From Eledone cirrhosa (taxonomy: Eukaryota), in the NCBI GenBank assembly GCA_964016885.1, contig OZ024741.1, forward strand, positions 383,966,001 through 384,030,000: DNA of 64,000 bases, given 5' to 3'. Below, in pieces: positions 1 to 13,204 of the stretch. The notes below the pieces were generated by a model. That model did no database searches. It saw only the letters and a program-made list of their open reading frames with translations, and was not told the origin of the DNA. Position 1 is the first letter of the stretch; the number at the start of each line of letters is the position of its first letter. A program made the position numbers and the translations under genes.

Positions 1-63
1 ATATATATATACATATATACATATGTATATATATATACATATGTATATATATATACATATGTA

Positions 64-103
<40 letters not shown>

Positions 104-151
104 TACATATGTATATATATATACATATGTATATATATATATACATATGTA

Positions 152-183
<32 letters not shown>

Positions 184-334
184 CATATATACATATGTAT
201 ATATATATACATATGTATATATATATACATATGTATATATATATACATATATACATATGTATATATATATACATATGTATATATATATACATATGTATAT
301 ATATATACATATATACATATGTATATATATATAC

Positions 335-412
<78 letters not shown>
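1..412. repeat. compound (TA)n/ACATATGT/(TG)n microsatellite
   Basis: Directly visible. Confidence 0.95.
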
Positions 413-416
<4 letters not shown>

Positions 417-519
417 TTTACAATGGCTACAACAATGTGAAATGGGCTGTACATTTTGAAAGAAATTAAAGTCAACAAAGATGTTAGTGTGTTACCTTTT
501 ATTTTATTTATCTGTCCTA

Positions 520-1135
520 AAATTTAGGGCCACATCCGACCATGAAGGATTTTTGTCTGGCCCGCCAACAGGTTTCAACTCTATGCTAAGCGATCCCTGA
601 AAAAGTGCTCTGAATTATTTTGGATTACAATACTAACTAGAGAACATGTCTAGTCACCAGACTCACTTAGCTGAACGTAATTTTGTGCATGACAGTAACA
701 AACAATCAAACTCAGACAGATGGAATAGTGTGTGCTAGTATCATTATTTGGCAGTACATATACCTGTGAACAACTTCTTTCCAAAATGAAATATGCCAAA
801 GATTGTATAAGAATAATACTGTATGATGACCATCTGGACGATGTTCTATTCCTGTCCTCGACATATTTCACCTGATGTAGAGAAGCTATCCTACGACAGA
901 CAAATACAAGTATCTCATTAAACAATTTACCATTTCTGCCTGTATTTTATTTGTAGTTAGGAATGTCATTAAAGTAATACAACATAAAATTCATTGTTCT
1001 TCTTTAAATCCCGGAATTAAGGTAGCCTTCTGGACAGAGCAATCTGAAATCGAGTTATATTTTTATATCATGGCTCGCCAACGAGACACTGCAAAGCAAT
1101 GTGGCCTGCACACTATAAAATGTTGGCGACCTCTG
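520..1135 (+). mobile_element. hAT (Charlie/SPIN/GTF2IRD2-like) transposon remnant
   Basis: 735-921 translates, with one frameshift, to SLFGSTYTCEQLLSKMKYAK...DDHLDDVL...ISPDVEKL...QVSH*, the hAT C-terminal dimerisation region. Right TIR GTTGGCGACCTCTG at 1122-1135. Left boundary uncertain. Confidence 0.75.
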
Positions 1136-1773
1136 GTATACATATATATGTATATATATACCCGGGGTCGCCAACCTTATATGTATATATATATGCAACG
1201 AATAGTACAGAGTGGTTTAGAGTAATTCCTTATTTCTACAGTTTTAATTCTTTGATATTACTAGTACTGACAATGTTAGCAATGTGGTAAACATTCCTTG
1301 AAGCTTCTGTATAATGAAGCATTTAATTTTTTTGGAAGGAGTGTGGCGGGGTCTAGCTAAATATTATGATGTGACAATGTTTCCTTGTAAAAACTGACAG
1401 ATTGAGAATCCTGCAGCATGGATTAAATCATTTTAGCAAATTTCCTAGTTTAGATTGTCCTTAGCTCATTGGTATAATGTGTTATCTATTTTTGTCATCT
1501 CATGCATTCCCTTAAATTAATTTTAGCTAGAGGTCAGATGTAATTTTGCAAATGCATTTTTTGCCATAAGGGAGATATATATACCTGGTTGATATACACA
1601 ACAGTTGAAGGTATAGATATGTGTTCTTTATGATTTTTCACTTCTGTTTCTTCTTTACTATCTTCCTCATCATCTCAACGTATCTGTGCTGAACTTGTCT
1701 CTCAATTATTAGACTTTAAGATGTATAGCTAACTATAGAAACATGTTATTCATGTTTAAAGTTACTTTACCTA

Positions 1774-1987
1774 CAAGGGTTAGCTGAAAAGTTTAGAGGA
1801 TGAAAAATTTATATGCTGACCCAGATACTCTCATGGAATGACCAAATGAGGTTTATTTTTCAACATAATGCCTGGAAAGAAACAATGCATTTATTATTAA
1901 GAAGAGTTGAAATTATTGCATGCAAGATTTCATAGCTCTAGCATCCCTCCTTCAAAGTCAGCCTCTGAACTTTACAGCCCACCCTCG
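1774..1987. mobile_element. mariner-type MITE
   Basis: TA|CAAGGGTTAGCTGAAAAGTT ... AACTTTACAGCCCACCCTCG|TA, imperfect TIRs with TA TSD. Another right end lies near 5820-5843. Confidence 0.6.
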
Positions 1988-2449
1988 TAGTTATACCTTC
2001 ACATTCAATATGAAGATTGTAAAAGTGTCCAAATAAGTTACATAGTATTTGTTATTGATTAAATAATTAAAGAAGTGATTCCTGCATAGAATAGTCTATT
2101 CTCTTCACTTCCTAAGTTTAGCTCATATATTTTGCATGTGATCCAGTTTTAGTAAATCCTTAAAATGTAATGAGATTGAACGAATTTCCTTACCACTATT
2201 TGTAGCTACTTCTAAAAATTTCATCTGCACTCAGAGCCATCTGCAAGTATCAACATTGCTTCACTGATGTTATATTTTAAATCCTGTTTTTTAAACTCTG
2301 GTGCTGCTCTGCTTTCAGTGGGTGATTCAGCCAAACATTCAGATAATGAATGTATTGAACTTGTTTTAAAAGGTAAGTTTACTGTAGCACAGCAAACATT
2401 GGGATAAGAAGACAGCAACTGCACATTATTTTTAATGATTTCCTCTGGA

Positions 2450-3030
2450 GGAAGGGGATGTACCCATGTCTTTTGCAGGTCCTCCAAGAACTCAACATGT
2501 TTCCTGTTCCACTTGAATAGCTGAAAGTTAACTGCACAAAAAATATGGGCTGGTAGGGAATTCCAAAAGGTAGTTGTTCTGGGTTAAAGGACTGCCAAAG
2601 TGATTCATCTGGAGTTTAAGGTTAAGACAAAATATAATTGATGAAAGGAGGAGAAACATGTGAGTAGGAAAATACTGGAAAAGGAAGCAGCATACAATGG
2701 ACAAGCTTCAGGAAGTATAACCTACTGTAGTAGTAGCATTAAAAAAGGCAGAGAGGGAATACTATATTTTTGAGCCAGAGGCTGGACATGCCACAGTTGA
2801 GTTGTCTTTCTTTGGATACAGTTAGAGATATCTGTATATGCAGCAGCAACATTAGCCCAGATGTGGGAGAGATATTCCATTGTAGGTCAGACTTCAGGTT
2901 TGCTATCTACTAGTAGTTGTTGGGAAGAATGAAATATTTTCTGGCCCTGAAAAGGAAAGCAACTTTGCTATGTTGAGGATGTGAGTTTGTCAGGAGATAT
3001 CTTCAATGATGATGAAACATTGAGTATTTT
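2450..3030 (-). mobile_element. decayed CR1/L2/Jockey-group LINE 3' fragment
   Basis: Minus-strand broken frames give PTMEYLSHIWA and RTTTFWNSLPAHIF-type motifs of the RT C-terminal region. Confidence 0.5.
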
Positions 3031-3507
3031 AGTTTAAGCTGGGATGATGTACAATACTCATTTGATGATGTGTCAATAAATTCTTAAAACGTTCTTAGAA
3101 TGTCATAAAGAATACTATATTCTCTGTTATGTATTATTATATTAAACAATAAATATTTCAAGTTGCATGTTACTCAGAATTTACAACTTAATATGAGGAA
3201 TTATCTAGTTACGATTTTTGTTTCAATTTTAATTGCCAGGAACTTCACACTTCCTCTCCACTGGAAATATTACAGTTTTAGCTAGAGAACATATAAAACA
3301 CTATATAAATTACCATTTTTACTCTAGATTATGCATAAAGCTTGGCTCCCAGACTAGGGTCTCTTTACATGAACCATTAACGATTAACTTCATGTTGATT
3401 GTATACATTATATTACATACATGCACATTTAGATATACACACACTCATACTCTCTTTCTCTCTCACTCTCTCTCACTCTCTCTGTCTCACTCGTTCTCTC
3501 TTTCTCC

Positions 3508-3538
<31 letters not shown>

Positions 3539-3539
3539 G

Positions 3540-3790
3540 AGAGACAGAGGGATGTGAAAACGGAATTGAAACCAACACAAACAATACACTACAATGAAGA
3601 AATATATTAGTTTAATGCTTCATATAGTAAGAAAGAGTTTTAACGTTTCAGATACACTTTTCCTTCATCAGAAGATAGACTGAAAAATAAAAGAAGAAAT
3701 AGAAATATAGAGAGTGAAAAGAGAAAGAAATGGAAAAAAATGTTTTGAAGTATTTGTACATCTGTGTTCAGTCAGCGATTTTGGAAATAT
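3540..3790 (-). mobile_element. Penelope-like LTR fragment with degenerate hammerhead (3638-3675)
   Basis: Similar to 6900-7050 and 45190-45435. Minus strand reads TCTT CTGATGA...GAAACG; flanked by (TA)n. Confidence 0.55.
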
Positions 3791-3836
3791 ATATATATAC
3801 ACTAGCAGAGAAAGCAAACATTTAATGATTATGATC

Positions 3837-3869
<33 letters not shown>

Positions 3870-3876
<7 letters not shown>

Positions 3877-4383
3877 TTGGTGCTCTGAAATAGCGATATA
3901 TATAGGAATGTATATATAGTGTATTTTGCAATACACTGTATGATTAATTAAAAGCATTTTGAAGACCTTATGCTATTGTTTTAAAGTAGTTACTTCTATC
4001 TTCAGCAAACAAGGGGAGATAAGCTGACAGAGCTCTATTTCATACTTGTTGGTACTTATCAAAGCTCAGCACTCATCCTGTCTGCTGAAAATTATGAATG
4101 TTGGATTCTTATAGAATTCCAGTAATAATCAGGAACTGATTATACAGAGTGGTTGCTGGTCCACCAAAAATTGAAAATTAGAATTGGTGCTCTGAAATAG
4201 CGATATATATATGAATGTATATATAGTGTATTTTGCAATACACTGTATGCTTAATTAAAAGCATTTTGAAAACCTTATGCTATTGTTTTAAAGTAGTGAC
4301 AATGTCACTTACTTCTATTTTCAGCAAACAAGGGGAGATAAGCTGACAGAGCTCTGTTTCGTACTTGTTGGTACTTATCAAAG
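3870..4383 (-). mobile_element. retrozyme-like tandem element (1.6 units) carrying two hammerhead motifs
   Basis: Direct repeat 3870-4064 / 4177-4383. Each copy has a minus-strand TTGATAA-stemII-GAAA-stemIII-TC motif, and the element abuts (TA)n. Confidence 0.7.
4020..4068 (-). ncRNA. type I hammerhead ribozyme, U3-A8 core variant
   Basis: UGAGCU UUGAUAA GUAC-CAACAA-GUAU GAAA UAGAGCUCUG UC AGCUUA: 6-bp stem I, 4-bp stem II, near-palindromic stem III, GUC cleavage triplet. Confidence 0.75.
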
Positions 4384-4388
4384 ATATA

Positions 4389-4747
4389 CAGGGTGTCCAA
4401 AAAAATGTATACATGCTTCAACAGCATTCTAATAAATATTGCCTGTACAGTAGTGGCGAAGAGTAACCTGGAAAGCAAGGCATGCAGTCCAATTGCCATG
4501 GCAGAAAGTGGGGCTGTGCAGCCCGCCCCCCATTCCCTCTAAATGACCCTCCCGGTCAAAGCCGCATGTAGTGTTATCTAGTGTGTGTGTTATCTTTTTA
4601 TGTGTCTACGATTTAGCAAGCAGCCAAAATTCTGCTTGCTTCAACCGACATAATTAATCAACTCAAGATTCTAAAATGCATGCATGCACCCTTTGCCCCT
4701 GCTTTACAGATGATCAAAGTATGTATACATGTTTTGGGGACACTCTG
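4389..4747. mobile_element. Tc1/mariner-type MITE
   Basis: TA|CAGGGTGTCCAAAAAAATGTATACAT ... ATGTATACATGTTTTGGGGACACTCTG|TA, TIRs of about 26 bp with TA TSD. Confidence 0.8.
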
Positions 4748-6249
4748 TATATATATGTTTATAATAGAAAGTGTGGTGAAGACGCTTAAAGATAGAAAAA
4801 GGAGTTGCCTCTCACATATCGAAATCACCACCAGTAGGAACTCATAATAGTTCTAATTTATTTAGTCTTGAAATAAGCACAACTGGATAAATGAAATATT
4901 TTGACCCTGCCAATATGTATGAATTTATTTTCCTGTATATTTAATATATTCTTCTAAGAACAATATAGAGGTATTCAAAACTTGGTTAAATTGATGTTTG
5001 GTAACTATAATTTTCAAACTAATAGAATATATATTAATATAATTCACAAGATTATGATGTTTCTAGCCATTCAAGTTCAATGCATGACTAAATTGTCAAA
5101 GAAAGACTTGAGTAACAGTTCTTGAAAATGGATTTTTGCCAAGTTATTCAGCAAAGAAATTGTGACTAGACTTTTTAAGAACTGAAGACAGTAGATTATT
5201 GGTATGACTTACGGGGTCGATAAAATAAAGTACCAGTAATGCACTGGGTAATTTGCTGGCCTTGTGCCTAAAGTAGAAACAATTATTGGTATGACTATAA
5301 AAACATATATTAACCTTTTCATTGCAATATTTCTAATGAAAAATTAAAAAAAAATTTTTTTTAAATGATCTAAATCAACAGACCTCTTTCGCTAACTGTG
5401 TGAGTTGGAACTCATCAGATTGGCTGAGGATACAATGTTTCCCTGATATTGTTGATACTCTCTACCAGTTGCAACTCCTGGCAGCTGGATCAATGAGAAA
5501 TAAAGTGTCTAACTCAAGGAAGTAATTGAAATTGCAACTTCATGATTGTGAATCCAATACCATAACCACTAAACCATTTGTCTTCACAATGAAAAATTCT
5601 GTTTATTTTCAAATAATTTTAAGAATAATCAAGAATTTGGAGATATTTAGTAATATAACTAATTTTCTCATTATTAATCTGGTGTTTGGAGCATACAAAT
5701 GGTTTATATATAAAATTACGATGGAAGGATTTTTAGATAATTAAAAAACACTTTAAAACAGGAACTATGTTGAAAAATAAATTCATTTGGTCATTCCATG
5801 AGAGTATCTTGGTCAGCCTATGAAGTTTTCAGCCAACCCTCGTATATGTGATAAATCAGTGACCTATTTTGGTGGAGATTTTTCTCTTATCCATTTAATT
5901 CTGAATTCAAGCATAAGGCCCTATGTGTCATCAACATTTTTACATTCATTCTCTCTGCTGGATGAGTCATTACAGAGAAATCAATACTCAAACAGAGCTA
6001 TAGACTTCTCAGATAGGCTAAAGATCTGCATCTTACATATACATTCTTGTACTTTATCAAGTGCTCAGACAGCCTAGGGACCTGCATCTTGCTTATATAT
6101 ATTCCTGCACTCAATACATTTTATTATGGCACAGCACTAGGATGAGTGTCATGTCGTTGGCATGGCTGAAGAGTCATACCAACACTTTGTTTGCCAGGTT
6201 TTCTATCCTTGAAATTTAGAAAATGATCACTGAATGCGGATCTTTGACA

Positions 6250-7050
6250 CACTTGACACCTTCAGCACATGACACCTTCAGCACATACCTTCAAGGATAC
6301 CTGCCAATGCACCTTGACCTGCTTTAATTTCCAACCTCACTTCTGCCAAGCCCTCTGGCACTACAATGACATTGTCATTAAATCTGCTGATAAATGTGGT
6401 GCTGTGGTGGTGTGGGACTTGAACATCTACAGGAGTAAAGCCCTCCATCAGCTACGCAAGCACCTCTTTTACCACCATTTATCTTCTGACCTCATACTCC
6501 ACTGCCAAAAATCTTATTGTACACACACCTCCCTCTCCCACTATTTACTTCCTCCCTAAGATACTAACCCCAAAATCCTGGCTGTCCCATCAGTTGCCTC
6601 ACTGAAATATTCTCTTAATACCTAGACGCCCTCCTTGCCCTCTTAGTCTCTAACCCCCTCACTCATCCGCTACACCAACTATACTCTTCACCTTTTCAAC
6701 TCCTTCTCCTTCTCCCCTGGCCCTTCTTCTCACCATTTCTTCACCCTGAACATCACCGTCACGGTCTCCACATTCTCTGATACTTTTTATATTGATGTCC
6801 TACACACACACATGTCCACTCAAAATATGCAAGGATTATCTCCCTTAAGACACCCACTGACTACCATTTCTCAGGAATTGATGACTGAATACACATAGTT
6901 TTTCTCAAAAATTCTTTTTTCATTAGTTCCTCTTGTGACTTTTAATCTTTTTATTTCATCTTTTATTTCCCTTTATATCTTCTGATGAAGAAGGAGTGTC
7001 AAGACTCTTTTTCTACTGTATTGTTTGCATTGTTGTTTTCATTTACTCTT
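6250..7050 (+). mobile_element. decayed Penelope-like element (RT fragment + 3' LTR remnant)
   Basis: NDIVIKSADKCGAVVVWDLNIYRSKALHQL matches the PLE IxIKPADKGGAVVV motif, followed by broken NPGCPISCLTEIFSxYLDALL. Ends in a CTGATGA-containing LTR-like piece at 6978-7004. Confidence 0.75.
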
Positions 7051-7243
7051 CGCATGTATATACACACACACACACACACACATGAATGTATGATTATATA
7101 TAATAGGCTTCTACACAGTCTCCTCTGCCAAATGTCCCCTCACATGTATTTGTGGCTTCAGAAATCTGTGCATGGGATGCATCACAGAACTACATGGCTG
7201 CTAAATTACAAACCTTCATTATTATTCATAATATTAATAATTT

Positions 7244-7417
7244 TTTCTACTTTTTGGCACAAGGCCAGTAATTATCCCAGTACATTACTGGTACTTTATT
7301 TTATCGACCCCGCAAGGATGAAAGGCAAAGTTAACCTTGGCGGGAATTGAACTCAGATGGTAAAGGGACGTAACTATGCTGGAAAGCATAATCCGACCCT
7401 CTACCGATACTGCCAAT
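7244..7417 (-). mobile_element. SINE family 1
   Basis: Reverse complement of the 8839 unit. Confidence 0.8.
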
Positions 7418-8795
7418 ATTAATAATGGTAATAATGATTTTTTTATGATTTCACAAATAAAAATTATTTTTAAAAAAATAATAACAATACCATTATTATC
7501 AATAATGATGTTAATAATAATAATAATAATAATAATGAATTTATTATTACAATAGCTTAAGACAATATTGGCATTAAGCAGGAAAGTAGTTTTCATTTTT
7601 ATAATGCATGGTCATTGTCTCAATTGAAATAAATTATTGAATTTTGCAATCAATGTCAACCAGATCTTATATTTGATTTAAGTGTCTTCAATCACATTAT
7701 GATGACAGGTAATTTTGTGCATGAAAATATATTTATTCCTTTTGGTATTCACATAAAAAATACTGATTATGTGCAGTGCCAGAGTCTGCAAATTTGACTT
7801 ACAGGAAATAAATAGTGTTTTTTTTTTTCTTCTTTATAGCAGAATTATTAATAATGTGAAAGCACAGAAACTTTGAGTTAGGACAATATGGAATGAAGTG
7901 GACTGCCACCGTTTTCAACGATGAGTGTTCCAGTTGCTTAATGAACATGAAAGCATATCTAGTGGTTAGGGTGTTGGACTCATAATCATAAAGTTGTGGG
8001 TTTGTTTATTTGACTGAGTAGTGTTATGCTTTTCGTGATAAGACTGGAGAATCTATGATGCAGCTTCATTGGAGGCTAGCTAAACCTGCATAGGATCAAC
8101 AAAACTGGTTGTTTGAGAAATGAATGTGTATACAGCTGAGCATTCCACAGATATATGTACCCAAACATAGATATCTAGAGGATTCAGCTGTGTAACAAAG
8201 CTGGCCCTTTGAATTATAGGTACAATGTTGAGGGGCTTCCAAACAGTTACTTTGGCTATGTTACATTACACTAGGGCAATATATTAAGAGACTAATAATT
8301 CTGTTCCATATTCTATGCTGTTGTTGTTTAGCCCAAAGTCAGCTCTGACTGTGTATGGTCCTAGACCCACATTGTTCTTTTTTTTAAGTTAGTAGGGTGT
8401 TATTTGGGGGTAGGATTGACTGCTAATTCTAGCAGCTAGAGTGACCACAAGGATGCTTCTTCTCATGCTCTAGATGTTCTGGCTCATATTCTATTCAACC
8501 AAGAGCTTTGCTAGTGTCTTGAGCAAGAAGAAAATAGAAGCATTACTATGTGATATAGTATAATTGTATGTCAATCCCTTGTCATCCATTTAATATTTTT
8601 TGGAGAAAGAAAAGACAAAACAGGAAAATTATTGCATATGCTTATCACTAAGGTTGGCTTAGCAGTAAATATATTAATTTAGGGAATAGAAGTCTTGATA
8701 AGATATTGTTTTCCCTGGATACCAAGTAAAAAATGAAAATTATATACACTTGGATAAATTTTCACATTAAGACTTTCTTCTTCTTCTTCTTCTTC

Positions 8796-8838
<43 letters not shown>

Positions 8839-9231
8839 GGCGGTCGATTGGCAGTATCGGTAGAGGGTCGGACGCCATTCTTTGCAGCACAGTTACGTCC
8901 CTTTACGGACTGAGTTCAAATCCCGCCGAGGTTAACTTTGCCTTTCATCCTTATGGAGTCGATAAAATAAAGTACCAGTAATACACTAGGATAATTACTG
9001 GCCTTGTGCCAAAAGTAGAAACAATTATTCGGTGAATTGGCAGTATCGGTAGAGGGTCGGATGCCATGCTTTGACGCATAGAGTTATGGCCATTGCCATT
9101 CTGAGTTCAAATCCCGCCGAGGTTAACTTTGCCTTTCATCCTTACGGGGTCGATAAAATAAAGTACCAGTAATACACTGGGTAATTGCTGGTCTTGTGTC
9201 AAAAGTAGAAACAATTATTATTATTATTATT
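8839..9231 (+). mobile_element. two head-to-tail copies of tRNA-derived SINE family 1
   Basis: A box TGGCAGTATCGG, B box GAGTTCAAATCC, body gccgaggttaactttgcctttcatccttacggggtcgataaaataaagtaccag, (ATT)n tail. Confidence 0.85.
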
Positions 9232-10618
9232 AAGAATTTCTTCTTCTTCTTGTAAGAGCGATGGGGACAAGTTTTTTTTGTTTTTTTTATAAAAAAAAAA
9301 AAAGAGTATTATCTTTTTTTCCTTAAAAAAAGAAAAGAATTCTATTTTTTAATTATTCAGTTCCATTAATAATTAGATCATGAAACAAGTTAAAATCATA
9401 TTAAAAGGAAATTAGTTTTAAATTCAATATTCATTCAAAATATCTTATCAGGGTGTTTAAAAGTGTTTTGAAAAATAATTTATATTTTTAACCATTTTGT
9501 TACCCTATTATAATGAAAGAAACTGATTTCCTAATTATTTTGAAAATAATAAAGAATTAGGAAGTTAACCTTTACATTATTTAGCTGGTATTAGAGTTGC
9601 AACCAGCAGATAATATCAGCAATGGCAAGACCAATGAAAATATTGTCTCTTTGGTCTAATCTGATGATTGGCTCCATTCCTTTCTATTTTCAAAACATAA
9701 CTTAATAAAGATTCTTACATTGAATTATGATAGAACTTCACAAAACTAGGGGCAATTTCAGGTTGTTTTGTATCAAATGGCTTAAAGGATTTTTATATGA
9801 TTTGTTCATTTAAAATATCAGAATTAAAATTTCCCAAGGGGTGTTAATACATTTAGTTATTTGATTTTATTAGTTCTCAGTACACATCAGATATTTCATT
9901 ATCTCTCCTTTCAAGACACTCCACTTAACTGGAGAATAGGAACCAGGCTTTTGAGGTGAAATTTACCATAAGTTTTTCAATCATCTACCTAGTGTTACTG
10001 AATCCAGAATTAAGTACTTTATAGAAAGTTAAGCTGAAATAAAATATTTCCGCCATTGTAAAGCAATATTACAAACATTTTATCTATTGAAAAGAAAGTG
10101 CATCAAAATTGTAAGATTTTATCTACATCTTTTTTGTCACTAGAAGTTCTAATTTGCTTATCTCTTTTGCTGTATTCAGAAAGTAATTAAAATCGATAAA
10201 ATCACAGAAACTCTCTTTTTCTCCCGGTTTTATGTTTAAAAAAGAAATTATATATTAGAAAAGAAGTTTTTGCTATATTTTTGATGCTCATACGTCAATA
10301 CTCATCTTTTCCATTTCTTAGAGTGTTCTTAACCCCACTATCAGACTAGAATTTCTCTAGTCAAAAATATGGTGAAAGCTTCTATTTCAAAAACATGCTT
10401 ACTTAAGAAATTATATATATATATTTATGTGAATTATAGCAATAAATACTGCTTTGTGGTAAGTCCCTTGTTGTATATTCCAAGATTTCTATGATACAAA
10501 AAGAAAATTTGATGAAATATCGAAACTTCTCTTCTTTAAATTTTTATTCACAACAAAAAATAAAAATTTACTTTCTTTTACTAATATTGTTTATTTTTTC
10601 CTTTCTTTTCATTATCAG

Positions 10619-10858
10619 TTGATGACAGACTAGTAATCAGACCTCATCCTGCAACTGTGAAAGAAGGACAATCTTTCAAATTAGTCTGTGGTTTTCATGT
10701 AGATTCAGTGGGTGAGATCTTAAAAACTGCTTTGGTTTGGAAGCATAACAATGAAAAGCTGACCTTCAATGAAGGAATTGAATGGGAATTTAATGAAACT
10801 TACAGTGTCAACACCAGTTTTGCAAATTCAATTTTTTCTTCAGAATTGGAAATTTTAA
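10619..10858 (+). CDS. Ig-superfamily cell-surface protein, first visible coding exon (Ig1 N-half)
   Basis: Polypyrimidine tract + cag acceptor at 10616-18 and gtaagt donor at 10859; phase 1-1. Translates xDDRLVIRPHPATVKEGQSFKLVCGFHV...ALVWKHNNEKL...SSELEIL, with the Ig B-strand Cys and C-strand Trp. Confidence 0.88.
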
Positions 10859-11526
10859 GTAAGTATACCTTTCTTCTAATTGTTTATCAATTGATTTGTA
10901 CAGGTAATGTTTTGTGCAAATACTTGATGAAAAAATTAAAAAAAAAGACTTTTTAAAAAACTTTAAACACTTTTTAAAAATACTTTTAAAACTTTTAAAT
11001 AATTCTTTTTATATATATATATATATATATATATTTTATAACCTTTTTAACAAATTAGCTTTCAAATGGAATTGAGTCCCTGGTCTAAATTTATGAAAAA
11101 GTCAGCGAATTTACAACACATTTACAGGTGTGGTGGCCCATAGATGGGTAAAAAGAAAATCCATTGGGAGTGAAGGACCCCAAGCTCTTGTTACAGCATC
11201 TTTCTAAAAGAAATAAAACCTGCAGTTGATGTGATTACTGGTCAGCTGGCAATAATCATTGAAACTTAGAGAGTGGTGCTTGTGTAGTACAAGCTTTTGC
11301 CACTATAATCCAATGATGTTTCCTTTGTGATCTTCTCATCTGTCATCTTATCAGCTGAATGTCCTATGGCAATGGAGGAGTAGCAACATGTGCAGACCTG
11401 ACCAGTTGGAAGCACCCAGTTGCAAATCTGCATATAAGCAGCAGGGGTCATATCATAACATCGTTGTTGTGTCTTCCTGTGGCAGGGGCTAACTTCAGTG
11501 GAGACTCGTGTGTCTGCGAATCAATT

Positions 11527-12178
11527 TCTGGTGATAAAGGAATATGAGGGATGATATCCCACAAACTGACACAATCAACCCATTAGTCACCCGTGCATAC
11601 CAGTCTCCCCTCCCCACGCCACTGATGTTGTCCAATGGAAAGGCACTGACCGATACAGCTTGGCACCAGTAACATTGCAACTCATTTCTACAGCTGAGTA
11701 AACTGGAGCAATGTGAAATAAAGTGTCTTGCTCAAGGAAACAACACATCACCCAGTCCGAGAATTGAACTCACAACCTTTCGATTGCAAGCCCAATGCTC
11801 TAACCACTAAGCCATGCGCCTTCACGAATATATATCATCATCATCATGATCATCATTTTAGGTCCACTTTTCCCTGCTTGCAAGGGTGGGATGGGAACTG
11901 ATTCTGGCTTGATTTCTACAGCTGGATGCCCTTCCTAACACCAACCTCATTTACAGTGAGTGCTGGGTGCTTTTTTGCCATGGCACCTACACGACCACTT
12001 TGCAGTGGAATAATAGTGACCCCAGTTCCTATCATCTCATTTCTACAGCTGAGTAAACTGGAGCAATGTGAAATAAAGTGTCTTGCTCAAGGAAACAAAA
12101 CATCACCCGGTCTGAGAATTGAACTCACAACCTTTCGATTGCAAGCTCAATGCTCTAACCACTAAGCCATGTGCCTCC
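11527..12178 (-). mobile_element. two adjacent SINE family 2 copies (different 3' halves)
   Basis: Heads end at about 11823 and 12178; shared head/core with 37721. Related older copies at about 21610-21875(-) and 62690-62921(-). Confidence 0.8.
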
Positions 12179-12187
12179 ATATATATA

Positions 12188-13128
12188 TCATCATCATCAT
12201 CACCGTTTTACGTCCGTTCTTCCATGCTAGCATGGGTTAGACGAGTTGTCCTGTTGTGGGCAGAGTCCGGTCGGCTGACCTTGTCTTGCTCATACGAGAA
12301 CTGATTCTGGCTTTTTTCTACAGCTCGGTGCCCTTCCTAACACCAACCTCATTTACAGTGAGTGCTGGGTGCTTTTTTCCGTGGCGCTTACACGTCCACT
12401 TTGCAGTGGGAGGGGGTGGGGGCATATTGTCTATATGCTTCAGCTTCGGCTTGTACCCAGGGGAAGTCGGGTCTTCTGTATTACTGCGTGATGCCTATGG
12501 GCGGTGCAATTTGATAAGGTCGGCTTTTTTCACCTCATCCCAGATCCTCTTGGGTCTCCCCACTCCACGGCTTCCATCGATTTCTAGTGCTCTGCACCTT
12601 TTTATGCAGCTGTCATCCTTCATACGCTTCTCATGTCCATACCAACGCAACTGCTTCTCCTGCACACAGCATTTGATTCCTCTTATGCTCAGTCTCTCTC
12701 TCAATTCGTTTATGCTTTGCTGTTCAAGTATATTACTATTTTACATCCATCAGAGCATGCCGGCTTCGTTTCTTTCTAATCTACGCAAGTCTCCTACAGA
12801 CAGCACCCAGGTCTCACTACCATGTAACATTGCTGTTCGTATATACACATGATACAGTCTGCCTTTCTTTTGAGGGAAAAGTCTTTTGCAGCTAGCAGTG
12901 GCAGTAGCTCCCTGAACTTCTTGCATCCCATTTTTACCCAAGTTATTCTACTTTCCGAACACCCACCTCCGCTGTCTACTGTTTCTACGGAGCCCTCCCA
13001 GAGTTTGGTGGTGCCAGTTTCCAGTGGCCATTTGCTGCTTGCTGTCCCAGCGCAGCTGCTACATGTAAAGCCTACATTCTTAGTTAAGCTTCCTAAGATC
13101 CCACTACATCTCTTGTGTACCCATTGTT
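12188..13128 (-). mobile_element. RTE LINE 3' fragment (family 1) with internal deletions
   Basis: RTAMLHGSETW and LRWYGH motifs; colinear with 16907-17950; (GAT)n tail. Solo tails also at about 13428-13523 and 35540-35740. Confidence 0.9.
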
Positions 13129-13204
13129 TATAAATATATATATCAGAAAGTTAGTTTTTTTTACAAAATGAAAAATAACCGTGGTGTCCTACACGAGTGA
13201 AAGT

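Noticed and set aside
5375-5425. Minus-strand CTGATGA...GAAAGAGGTC hammerhead-like motif
   Set aside because: Stems I and III do not pair, and the related SINE-associated sequence near 62.7 kb lacks the GAAA.
7840-7876. Possible upstream exon after a strong polypyrimidine/AG (reads NNVKAQKL)
   Set aside because: No phase-compatible GT donor before a stop; the signal-peptide exon remains unidentified.
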